DNA of 38,838 nt from Catajapyx aquilonaris (taxonomy: Eukaryota). The position numbers and the translations under genes are program-made. Numbering within the stretch: position 1 is the stretch's first letter; each line of letters begins with the position of its first letter. The stretch lies in NCBI GenBank assembly GCA_000934665.2, contig JYFJ02003675.1, positions 1 through 38,838 of the forward strand, written 5' to 3'. The notes below the pieces were generated by a model. The model ran no database searches and was not told the origin of the DNA. It worked only from the letters and a program-made list of their open reading frames with translations. Positions 23,484-34,589 of the stretch are shown piece after piece.

Positions 23484-23843
23484 TAATAATAATAATTCTA
23501 ATAATAATAATTCTTGCGTAGTGCCTGACCCTATAATATAGGGTATGTGGCACGGACCTTTATTGTAACTTGTAGTACATAGACCATATTTTTGAAAGGC
23601 CCGGACCCACGGGCAGGATGACAGGAGGGGATGATTGTGCAAGGTGCAGTGCAATGTCTTAAACGTGGCCATTTTTAGTGAACTCCCACGGGTGGTTTAG
23701 TCTGTTGGAAATACCACCCGAGACGAAGCCAGAGGTGACCCTGAACTCTGCACGAGATGAAGGGGGTGTCCCCGGGCTGGGATCGAACCCGGGACCTTAA
23801 CATCCGTTGGCGCATACGTTACCGCAGCACCACTCCGCTTCCC
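23484..23843 (-). mobile_element. tRNA-derived SINE, family C
   Basis: Minus strand: A-box-like TGGTGCTGCGG, B-box GGTTCGATCCC, (TTA)n tail. 17-bp TSD CAGTTTCGTGCCATTAA at 23467-23483 and 23844-23860. Confidence 0.9.
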
Positions 23844-24964
23844 CAGTTTCGTGCCATTAAAGTGCTAATTGAAAGGCAATTTGGAGCAACATGTATTTTT
23901 TATTCAAATGGAAGGTCACGCTGAGTGACGCACACCTGTTAGGATACTTTCCACTTGTTTTAAAGCCCATTATATTTCATAAAATAGCCATTTACCGGTA
24001 GTTGGAACATGAACCCAAACATATGGCAGATTTTATCAATCAAATAGAGTTCGCGTGGCCCCTATTCGGTAAGTAGCTCAATCGACACAAAAAGGGTTTG
24101 AATTTGACTCAACTTTGGTAAAAGTACAGTTTTGACAAATATCGTATGATTGGCTATAATTGTGATAAGCATTTTATTTTTGCAGTTAAATTTTATTAGA
24201 AATATTCGTGACAGTATCAGGTCGACAAGGAACTTTCCTCCGTGGCATGCTTTAAAAGCTCCCTTGAAGGTCTCGTATACATATGAGCAGATCCCTATAG
24301 GCCTATAGTTGGAAGACGTAGGAGGCGTCTCTCAGAAAATCTGGGAAAATGGTAATATTTCGCCAAAAATAGATCGCTCAATAGATACGCACGTTATGCA
24401 TGAAATACTGTAGCAGATACCAGCCGTTTATTCCTACGAACATGTACGGATTGTTTTGAAAAGTACTGAAATTCAATAACGCCTACCAGCCGGATATTGT
24501 GTCATTTAATACGGAAGCAAAGTGCCTGACTTCCCTCATCGTTCAATAACGGTTCATCGTAATAAGCCATAAAAAGAAGACTTTAAAGACCTGCTGAAAT
24601 TCTAGCCTGTAAGGAGCGATTTTCCCCACCCAATAGCACTTGGCTTATTCAATTACACAATTAAGTTCGTGTGGAAAAAGCTTGTGGTGTTCACCAACAG
24701 TGAATCGGTGAACACCATTGTTCCTCTGCCCTCAAGCTGTGAAACGACTGAAGGATTTACATCCTTTGTGAAAATGTCGAAACCTGTAAGGGAACAAGTT
24801 AGATTTTTATAGCTGTTGGCTGTGGGAACAATGGAAGAGATGAAGGCAAAATTGCTGCCGGAGTACATCCCTTTCTTCTCTCCTTTTTTTTCTCTCTCTT
24901 CATTTTCTTATTTTCTTTTTCTCTCCGGGAAAGTGTTTCCTCGAAAGGTTGGTGGTGTAGCAGT

Positions 24965-26640
24965 AGCTATTGTATCGATCGTACAGGGAAAATGATAGGC
25001 GGAGGAGTCTCCGTCTGCTTACATCAGCAATTTGGATTTTACCCCCTTTGTAGGCCTTATATAGGCCACACTGTTTTTTAACCCAAAGTTTTCGCTCGAG
25101 CTGAGAACAGACATCGAAAAAAAGCTTTAAACATATTCTAGGATAAATTGCGATTTTTTAAAAATTTCCAGCTTTTTTTTTATTGCTGAGGTGCACTGTA
25201 GGTCAAAGTGACACCTCGACCGTAGAACTAATTTGAACAAACCCACCTGGGATTCGGAGACAGCATGTCAGCTGAGACCTTGCTGGTCGTGACAACTACA
25301 TCGGTATAGGATATAGCTTTCCAAAGTTAGACAAGTCGTATTAGAGGGACTATCGGACCGTTTCATGTCATATGGATAATTTAAACTTTGGGGAATCCAA
25401 ACGGAGGTTTATATGAGTGGTGAGAGCACTTTCTGCAGCACTGCATGTTATTCATGCGAAGTGGAATCTTAAGTGCATCTTTTGGACAAAATACGACCTC
25501 GGATCTGCGACTCAATATAGGTATACCGTATTCAAGTTTGGAGCCTGCAAGCACACTTAGAGTCAGTGGAAGTTCCGTGCAATTGCGACTCTTCCGCATC
25601 CAATCTGGTCCTTCTGTGTGGGAAGTTTAAAAAGAAAATTCCTAGAGTTTGGAAGTTGAAATTTGAGTGCAGCATCCCTATAGGTACGGTTTTGGAAACC
25701 CATTCCCTGGCTATAATTAGTTCTCATTAAGAGGGCCGACGCGTTATCATCAGAAGGGAAGGATCTCTCCTCACGAGCAGCTTCAGTGGTCTTAAATGGT
25801 AATTTGGTTTCTTTTCTCGCTTGCCTGAAATTATTAACTAAGAGCAGGAAAGCAAATCCTGCTCTATATTATAATAAATGGATGAGATTGCCAACCCGTG
25901 ACGTCAAGACTTTGTATTCCTACGCCGTTGCAATATTTCAGTGGATGTTCCTTTTTTTCTGAAGAGTTATTAGTGACTTCTCTCCTTGCTTCTCTCTTAC
26001 ATCCTCCAACCTACGGCATCTATCAATCGGAGCTCTTGTATAAAACGCTGAAACTGAATTCTGATTTTAAAAATGGGTTACTCTGACAGAATTTCACGGG
26101 TTTTATCCGACCGCGGGCAATCAATTGGTAGACTCATTAGTAGTTTTTTATGTATAGAGCGGGTCAACTAGATGAGACTATACAGAAGGAGTCAATGACC
26201 GCTTTTTCATTTTAATTTCGGTGCAGTATTTACAATTCGGCTCTGCTTTCAAGTTGCCCACAGTGGTCAGAATGGGGAGAATAATTAAAGCCTGGATATA
26301 GCTTACGAGGTAATGACACTGAACTCCACCCTCTACCAGCATGCGTGCTTTATGGACGACACCATACTGCTCCTGTATTTGTCTTAAACATTTTCAGAAA
26401 ATTTTAGCCTGTTACATCATACCGTCTCAGAAAACATATTGGTGTAGTGAGATGGCAGAATTTCTGTTCCCAGAGACGAAATTGTCCTTATTTTGTCGAT
26501 ATCAGTCTTTCTCGTGCAGTCCCATTTTTTTCGCATCACGCAGGATGAAAACCACTATCTATCAAGTAGCATCTGGAGCCCAGAAAATCCGCAATACTGA
26601 GGCCATTAACTTGATCTCCCTTGGCTGGTTGCCATGGGAC
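24965..26640 (+). pseudogene. Highly decayed LINE (L2/CR1-like) endonuclease-to-RT region
   Basis: Scattered motifs in the expected order: YCIDRTGKMIGGGVSVCL (APE endonuclease DR..GGGV, ~24968-25020), YIGIGY (~25286), and FFRITQDE / TIYQVASGA (pre-RT, ~26527-26580). Many stops and frameshifts. Confidence 0.38.
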
Positions 26641-26798
26641 TCACTTGACTTCAAAGATTTATGCCCTCCTTAACATAACTCCCGTGTTGGTCTAAATGGC
26701 CATACTGTTCCCCCTAAGTTTGAAGAATATTGCTACATCTTGTACGTTTCACCACCTGTTCAAATATGTCCAATTGCGACTTGATTTCTTCTTCCCAG

Positions 26799-26960
26799 GT
26801 TACAGAGACGTGCAAAGGCTGCAGCTGAAGCCGAGTATCCAGCATATGGAGTGACCGGACCTAGAAAGGACTTGTCACCTCCAGGTGATCGGAAACTGGC
26901 TCAGTCGGCTCAGATGTATCACTATCAGCATCAAAAACAACAAATGATAGCACTGGAAAG
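26799..26960 (+). CDS. NPDC1: NPDC1/CAB-1-like protein, cytoplasmic exon
   Basis: Acceptor tttcttcttcccAG|, donor AG|GTAAGA. Encodes LQRRAKAAAEAEYPAYGVTGPRKDLSPPGDRKLAQSAQMYHYQHQKQQMIALE; GDRKLAQSAQMYHYQHQKQQ is the NPDC1-family signature. Confidence 0.95.
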
Positions 26961-27259
26961 GTAAGACGCTCACTATACTTCTGGATGATTCTAAACTCTA
27001 TTTCGGTCCTAATGAAAGCAGGGCTGTCCGGATTGCATTCTTGGCAGTTGTGGTGGAGTCTTGTAGTAGCTGGCAGGGACATAAATCTCCAGGGCGTGAC
27101 TCGAATGACCCTTGAGAAGATGCGATCCAGGGGATAACAGAAGGGGAAAGACTCGTGCTGGTTATTGCCGGTCCACCTGAGCACCGCATCAAAAGAAACA
27201 ATCCATCGGGAGGAAATCCAGGGGTTTATCGTTCCAGTCCCCTGGACCAGTGGAAATGA

Positions 27260-27850
27260 CCTCCAGACCAATTACTCTCCTGCGAGCCTCTAGACTTTAC
27301 ACCTTGGACCAATCTTCATTTGGCAATACAACCTAAGCCGACACTTACTCGACTAGTCGTTAAGCGCGAATAGTTCTGTCGCCTTGATTTTCATGAGACA
27401 CGGTTTCACTCTCTGGGGCTACTACTTCAGACATCTGTAATTTAACATCCAAGTTGTGTCGCTTGTGTTGAAGGTAGAAAAGGTTAGTACCTTCTTGGTA
27501 CCTTCTCATACACGGTGAGGAGGAGAAAACTTGTTCGACTAATCTGGTGGAGCAAAGGGAAGGCCAAAGTTGGGAGAAGAAATTGGATTGGATCTGGGCT
27601 GATTGCCACATCTTACTCCTCAAAATCGATGAAGCTGACAAGGAGATCAATCAAACTGCTTGAGTCCTTCACTGCGGTTGTTTTTTTTTTGTTCAACTCC
27701 ACACCTTGAATAGGAACTAGGGCGTTGCCCTGTTCAATATCTGGGGCTTTGAACATTTTTAGCACGACGCGACGCAAAATATACGTTATTGGAAAAACTC
27801 TAACCAGAACTTGTAACCGAGGGTGATTGCCAGCCAGAGAGTTGCTCTTA
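27260..27850 (-). pseudogene. Possible decayed Penelope-like RT/GIY-YIG fragment
   Basis: Minus strand, in the expected order: NHPRLQ, LPFAP...VLTFSTFNT, G.RT.R..RLVE, DWSKV.SL..RRR...LE. These weakly resemble Penelope thumb and GIY-YIG segments. Confidence 0.25.
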
Positions 27851-28656
27851 ATTTGTTTCAGTTCAAGAGGGTTCTGCAGTTGAAGGTGACAACCAAAATT
27901 GCACTCACATCCCAACCACTTTCACCAGCAGTCATTGTATACCATTTTTCATTGCCTGGTCACGAAGCCTGGCATCATGCCTCATGGAAGATGCGACCTT
28001 GGTGGATGATGGAAAGAGGATTACTTTACACAGGATCAAGTTTTGTTGGAATTCCCAGAGAGAGAATAGTGAAACATGACCTTCTTAGCTACTTTAATCC
28101 GACGTGCAGGATTTTTAATGAAATATTTTTAGGCCAATATTTAGTAACATGCATTAGGGGTGTTCTTTTAAGGAATTATATACTCCCACTTTGAAAATGT
28201 TGAGAGAATAGAAAGCAAGTCTTGATAGGTGTATCCGGTGTAAGTCGCTTGGGATATGTTCGCACTGATTAGATCGGATTTCCCTCACGGCTTGTAATCC
28301 AGTTTTGAGATACGGGATTGCGGGAGAAAAATCGCCTATAGCATGAGCGCCTATTTCTATTCCTTCCGACAGCATGTAGGGTCTTTGTAGACTACAGGAG
28401 ATCCCTATTCATATGTAACAAAAATCGAGTCTAAAAATTCCGCATTACCAATCAATGAAAACTGCTCAACAATGGACTGTAAGTTACATTGTGAAGGTGA
28501 AAATAATTATTCCTATTGCTATTGTGCAATACAAGAGTCACTGGAACGAGAAATAGCTTGTTAGAATGCCACCTTTGAAATAGTATTTTCGAAAAGCGGC
28601 TTTGGACCAATCAACTAAGATTTTATTCTGAAACGTTTATAACACCAGACTGTATT

Positions 28657-28709
28657 TGTCAGTTGAAGCTGAATAGCACAATAATTGTGCTATTCAGCTT
28701 CAACTGACA
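28657..28709. repeat. Perfect palindrome, 26-bp arms, 1-nt centre
   Basis: TGTCAGTTGAAGCTGAATAGCACAAT-A-ATTGTGCTATTCAGCTTCAACTGACA. Confidence 0.95.
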
Positions 28710-28970
28710 TATTCCCAATCCACTTCTGACCGAGATGAATTGAGCGTCTGTACTTAGCCATACTATACGGAAGGAACCGGAACAAAATATGAGACTTTTT
28801 TTATTTCCAGCAGCTACACTATATAAATCGGTTTAAAGGTATTAATTTTATGTAAATCTCCAACACGCCATTTCCAAAATGGTTTGTAAGCATTTTCCCG
28901 GTTAACTAGTCAAATGTATTACTTTATGCATGGGGCTTAATTGTGACTAAAACATCAAAAATTCTAGATC

Positions 28971-29081
28971 GGTCACTATATGACCGCAACCGAGTGGCCA
29001 ATTTTATTATAGGAAGGAATACAGTTTGTAATAAAATTCGTGTAATAAAATTGGCCACTCGGTTGCGTTCGTATAGTGACC
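28971..29081. mobile_element. Tiny palindromic MITE
   Basis: GGTCACTATATGACCGCAACCGAGTGGCCAATTTTATTA is mirrored with 2 mismatches at 29043-29081. Confidence 0.75.
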
Positions 29082-29200
29082 TATGTATAGTTTGTTGTAG
29101 AAGGTCTGATGTACCGTTTATTTAAGAATTGACTTGTAGACCCCCATTACTGTCTGTGGTCAGCCTCTTGGGGGTTAACAGCATACTTGATAGTTCTTAA

Positions 29201-29613
29201 AGGGACACTCCACTCAAAAAACAAGTTTGGCTCTAAAAATCGGGCAAAAAATCCTGAATCCGACGGTGTAATTCGTTTTTCGCTACGCGGAGCGGTAATC
29301 CCAGGGCGAGGTGTCAAAGAGTGTCGTCTGCTAATGAGCGGCGCCGCCACGCGGGGAACAGGGGAACTGGAGGGCTGCACCGCTCTGGGATGGGCCTAAG
29401 AGCGCGGGCAGGTGGGAGCAGCCCTCCAGATCCCAAGGTCCCGAGGGCGTCGCTGGAGGACGGCCAGCTTCTAGCGCACTATTTGAATTTCCCCACTTTG
29501 ACCCCTAGCCCTGGGATTACCGTTCTGCGTAGCGAGAAACGGATTGCATCTTCGGATTCAGGATTTTTGCCAGATTTTTAGAGCCAAACTTGTTTTTTGA
29601 GTGGAGTGTCCCT
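29201..29613. mobile_element. Kolobok-type MITE
   Basis: TTAA|AGGGACACTCC ... GGAGTGTCCCT|TTAA; a TTAA TSD with AG...CT ends is the Kolobok pattern. Arms ~120 bp, outer 40 bp perfect, GC-rich core. Confidence 0.85.
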
Positions 29614-29804
29614 TTAAGCAATAAATGGTACAGAAATCTCTCACAAGCATAATTATAAGCACACAGCTAGCTCCCATGTGAATGAGTCAGCTCTTGGATT
29701 GAAACAATGCACAGAAACATCAGTCTACTGTGGGTGTTCAATTTGAGTGTTCAATTATCCAGCAAACTCAGGTCTTCATACTGATGTGCTTCTTTTTCTT
29801 ACAG

Positions 29805-29910
29805 CAGTCGAGCCAGCGGAGAACGGACCGGATCAGCCTCGGACGCAGAGAGCGAAGAAGAAAACGAGGAAGGCGATTATACAGTTTATGAATGCCCGGG
29901 TTTAGCACCT
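29805..29910 (+). CDS. NPDC1: NPDC1/CAB-1-like protein, penultimate coding exon
   Basis: Polypyrimidine tract plus tandem CAGCAG acceptor, donor |GTAAGT. Encodes SRASGERTGSASDAESEEENEEGDYTVYECPGLAP (acidic stretch plus the conserved GDxTVYECPGLAP motif). Phase matches the previous exon. Confidence 0.95.
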
Positions 29911-29978
29911 GTAAGTGGCTATAACATACTGATAGTCTGATCTCTGGTGAGATATTGACAGCCGATTCTTGATTTCAG

Positions 29979-30194
29979 ACTGGAGAGATGGAAGTGAAGA
30001 ATCCCCTTTTTCATGATGAACCAACTCCAGCAACCCCAGCATTGGTGGTAAGCAGCTCGATGGGTAGCAGCAGTAGTGGCAGCACCACCGCCAGCTCTGC
30101 CGCTACCGTGGTCACCACCAGCACCAGCATTCCTTCCACAGCCACCACCACCACATCTTCTTCAACCAGCAAAGATCAAGGTGGAGGGAAGTAA
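29979..30194 (+). CDS. NPDC1: NPDC1/CAB-1-like protein, last coding exon
   Basis: Follows a 68-nt GT-AG intron (29911-29978). Encodes TGEMEVKNPLFHDEPTP, then a Ser/Thr-rich tail to TAA at 30192-30194. TGEMEVxNPLF is the conserved NPDC1 C-terminal motif. Confidence 0.95.
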   Translation, partial: TGEMEVKNPLFHDEPTPATPALVVSSSMGSSSSGSTTASSAATVVTTSTSIPSTATTTTSSSTSKDQGGGK

Positions 30195-32931
30195 CCCGCC
30201 CTCCACCTTGGTGACTTCATCCATCTTCTTTGTCTATCACTGGGGGGTTACCTTCTTGCCGGCTGAGGTTCCAAGAAGTGATCTAAAAAAAAGTATGGGG
30301 CGTCGCTTTGTCTTGTATATCTTTACAGGGTGATTCTGGAGTCAGTCAAAATTCTTGTCAGATGGCACTGATCACTACGAGTGCATTTTGATACAGCAAA
30401 TGTAATGGAGACGTTATTTGCGGATCTGTTACTTTTGCTGCATGGAATGCAGACCTACCTCTTCAGGTTGGGTGCAGCATGAGTAATTGATGGCTTCAGA
30501 AACAACCTGTATATATTTCCATTCACCGTACCATACATTAAAAAATAAAATAGAGAAACCATCTGGATATGCATGTATACGTGGCTTGTACTGTGTACAT
30601 GGGGCAGGGAAAAATGAAGAGAATTGCCTCTCAATCATGTTTGACTGAAATTTAATCCTAATCACACTTGTCTACTTTTTACAACCATTCTTAACAGTCA
30701 GCATTAGTGTCATGTTGTGGAGAGGGTTGATGTAGTCACTTGAGTTGATGTCATATGTGACTAAAGTGTTTCACGGCAGGGTTTTGAAAGAATCATTGGT
30801 GCCATATTTTGAACTAACTTCATCACTGAACTAACATTTTACTTTGAATCAAGTTTTGGTGCTAATAGTTCAGTAGCTATTACTATATTTAATTGGTTAA
30901 ATTGAAATATTAAAGATATGCATCATGTGAATGAGGTGACGACACATGTGCCAATACTAACAGGACAGCCATGTTCCTGCCAAGTACAGACAAAGACAGA
31001 AAGAAAAGGAGCAGTTTTTGTGAAACATATGAAGATCTTTGCACTTGACGTGCATACGGATAATGCAAAATGGTCGTGTCATCGTATCTGCAATAGGATA
31101 ACTTATTATGGAGTATTATTTTTAAGTAAATATTATTGTGATGGTGCCCAGTAACGAATTCTTCCACCGAGCGAACGTTCCATCAGAATTTTATAGTTGT
31201 AATTTTATGCTAAATTAGAAAGATGGTACACATTAGTATGATTAAAATTATCATCAGTACCATGAATTAGTACAATCAGATGCATAATGAACCTGCTTAA
31301 TCCTACTGAGACTGGTGGAGTTGAGATAGCTAAACGTTTTGTATTAATGACAGGTGCTCTTGAATTGTGATTGCCTAAGTGGCTAGTGCAAAATGAACCG
31401 AATGTTTGGCGACGCCCCTTCACCATAAAATTCTGAATAGTAATATCAATACTAATTTATTGAAGGTCCTTACTCAATAGTAACAGAGCAGATTACTAAC
31501 TGAGTAGTGTGGTTTCGGTCCTCCACCGGCAGGAGAGCATTTGAAAGCCGACCTACATCTCTTTTGTAACGTGAAGGCAGATTTTTGTTTTCGTACTGGC
31601 GAAGTCTTCTGTGGCTGGGTAGATCAACATGACTTCCAATGTTACGCCAACAACCACTCTAATATCTTTTTTTGAACACGTGCACGTACATACGCAAGAA
31701 GTACACATCCCACTGGGGGAGGGAAAAATGACTGAAAAGTTCATCTTTGTATCGTCGCTGATACTCTTAGTCAATCTTAAAATTGTCCAACAACCATAAT
31801 AGTTGTCTACATGAATATACTAGTCATAGGCGCTAAAAAGGAAATATTCTTAATAATATCATTTCACAACTTCCCTGTTTATATTTTAATCGTGCAAAGT
31901 TATATTTAGGTATTGGGATGTTTACGGTGGTTTTACATGGGTTGGGAAGGATCCATGTGGTTACCACAGATAATTTTACAGGAAAATATGTCTTCATGTG
32001 GTATACAAAGAGTAACTGTATCGTATCATGATTCTATTGTGTATGTGTTATTAAATGTGATGTTTCTCGCAATGTACCAATGCTGCCAGTACATTATCAA
32101 AACCCACTGATTGTAAGAAAGGCATATGGGGATGTTATTGAGTTGAAGAAACTGACTGTGCAGGGTCAAAAATTCATGGCATAATATGTCAAAACTAGTC
32201 TGACTTACAACTTGGAAGTTAACTCTGATGATAATATTACAGCGGCAAGGAACAAATCCACAGTCAAAATGCTTGTGCTTATTTATTGTCCTGTGTAATA
32301 TTTATGCATGAAGATTTGTATTTTGTCATTGTTGTGGATTCAAAGAAACCTACAAGTAGCTAATGTGAAGGGAACTTCTGTTCATTCACGAAAGCCAAAG
32401 TTGACATACAGTACACTATACATAAATATCTTCATTATCAATGGGATTGCAGCCACATGGATTCTTCATTATCTTCTTCATCTTCACACATAAACTAATT
32501 GTTCTGTCGTTGAAAAAAAAACATTCATTTCTGATTCCTCACAAAAATGATGAAATCTGCTCGGTTGATTATTATCAGACAACCACAATGTGAGTACTAA
32601 AATACAAAGTAGGAAGAAAAATATCCAGAAACATTGTCACACAAATCAAGTTTAGGAGTAAACGTAACAGTTATCATTAGAGATATTTTAATGCCTCCTG
32701 TGCATCAAGGGTCTGAAAAAAAATGAGAATAATCTACATACCTCATAGGCTAATATTGTTCTAATTGGACACTTATGAATTCTATTGTGTGTTTTAAGCC
32801 CAGTGCATATTTCCACTCGGTCCTCAGAGTCAGATATTTTATTCATTGTCCTTTTTGTAACTTATTCTCTGATGAAATAGATGTGTTCTTCCTGACAGTG
32901 TAGGTTCCAATGTCGCTGTACTAAAAATAAA
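30195..32931 (+). other. Probable long 3' UTR of the NPDC1-like gene
   Basis: AT-rich stretch after the stop codon with no recognisable TE, unlike the rest of the window. AATAAA at 30544-30549 and 32926-32931. True end unknown. Confidence 0.35.
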
Positions 32932-33250
32932 AGCCAGTAAAAAAAATGTAACGTTATAATCCCTTTACAATCAGTACACTTTGTCTTACACATATTCTGT
33001 GATTGCTGTTATTTTGTGTAGGTAGATGCCAAATCAAAACTAACATATTCAATCCCAAATTTATTACAGAGCCCACTCCATATATCCGTAAAGATGGATT
33101 ATGTATTCTGTATAGCACAGTAAAGAAACTGTAATGTTTGCCGTCAGCAAATGGTCGTGTGTGTCAGAATTCATGCTTCCCTATGCCTTGACATAGTGAT
33201 TTTTCTATAAAAACATGTGAAATGTTAGATGTAATATGAAATAGCTTGAA

Positions 33251-33605
33251 CACTCTAAAAGTCTAAATGATGACACTTATGCACCTCATTGAATAGGCAC
33301 GAAAAGTCATTTTGTGTTAACATTTAAGGCTGCCCAGAGGCAGCACCCACCAGTTTTATGTGGCACATGTCAGTTTCACATAGCAGGTTACCTCAAAAAA
33401 CGTGTGCCGGACCTTACTTCAGGAAGAGCAGAATAATATCATGCTTCACACATTTTCATGGGTATACCTCAGGCGGCACCTATAATACTTAATTGTGCGT
33501 GTCGAAGCTGATGTGAGTCACATCTATGTCATCTTAAGTAATTATGCTTGAAGCACAAAATAAGTCTTTTTGTGCCTCTTTCGGCTACTAAAATACTTTA
33601 GAGAG
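33251..33605. mobile_element. Possible old MITE with CACTCTAAA-type ends
   Basis: CACTCTAAAAG ... CTTTAGAGAG ends. AGGCACGAAAAG..ATTTTGTG (33295-33316) is mirrored at 33554-33577. The same CACTCTAAAAGT start occurs at 20201. Confidence 0.33.
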
Positions 33606-34086
33606 TAGTGGTGAAGCAAATGTTTCCTAAGAAACTTTTGAAACTACTCATACATATGGTTTGGAGACTGGTCTTCCAATTTATTGCTTTCCATATTTTT
33701 CTCTAAATGTGTTATACTAATAGGTATTGTTACCTTGTTTTATTGCAATTTTTTGAAGGAGTCAATGAAAAAAATCTCCCAATAATCGATTTCGAAACGA
33801 TTCCCTATTCTAGATAAAGAAAATGAGCTTCATAGAATGGTTCAGATGCTTTGCTAAAAACATACTGTATATCAAAGGAATACGTTTTATTTCCAAAAAT
33901 GTTATCTCCATTCTGTTTCAGGTGGTGTCAGGGCCATCTGCCTGCACCTTTTCTAGTGATGAAGAGTCGCCTCTTGCGACAATGTAGGTTACCTCCACCT
34001 TCCTTGCTCTATGAGCACCAAATTCAAGTGTCCGCACTCCAACGGTGATTCAGGCATGGTGAATTCATACTCTACTACGATTTTTA

Positions 34087-34184
34087 TAAGGTCCAAATGA
34101 CATCATCATTGTCATCGTCGTCATTGTCATTGCTAAGCAAGTCACTGACACAATGGTAACAACGGTGATGTCATTTGGACCTTA
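34087..34184. mobile_element. Tiny MITE-like inverted repeat
   Basis: TAAGGTCCAAATGACATCA ... TGATGTCATTTGGACCTTA, a perfect 19-bp IR with degenerate pairing continuing inward. Confidence 0.65.
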
Positions 34185-34589
34185 CAGAGAGTACAGTATG
34201 AGTATAGTATATTTTAAACAACTTGGCCTACACTGCTGGTTGGGTTCCCCTAATAAGAATCACCATGTATTATCACTGGGTACAATCCTTTCCACCTCTT
34301 AGCTTCAAATACGTCATCCTGAATTTTCAGAGCTACCCTCATGCTCTTCTTGTGATACGGATCACCTAGACATCAGGATAAAAATCGACTCACTCTTCCT
34401 GGCATTTCTTTCGGAGAACTCATTGCATACAAGTAGAATTATTATTTTGGTGGCTCAAAATAACGATGATGCACAGTGATCCTGGTTCAGTGCTTGTGCC
34501 AGAAGCACTAAATTACGGATTGCCAATGGCGTACAGGGTGTGAGAGTTGACCTCATCAGGTCATCCTCTGACCCCGGAAGGTCCAATAA

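Noticed and set aside
30813..33721. Cluster of ACTAAY (How/QKI-type) motifs in the putative 3' UTR
   Set aside because: About seven hits in ~2.9 kb of AT-rich DNA is only modestly above a rough chance expectation.
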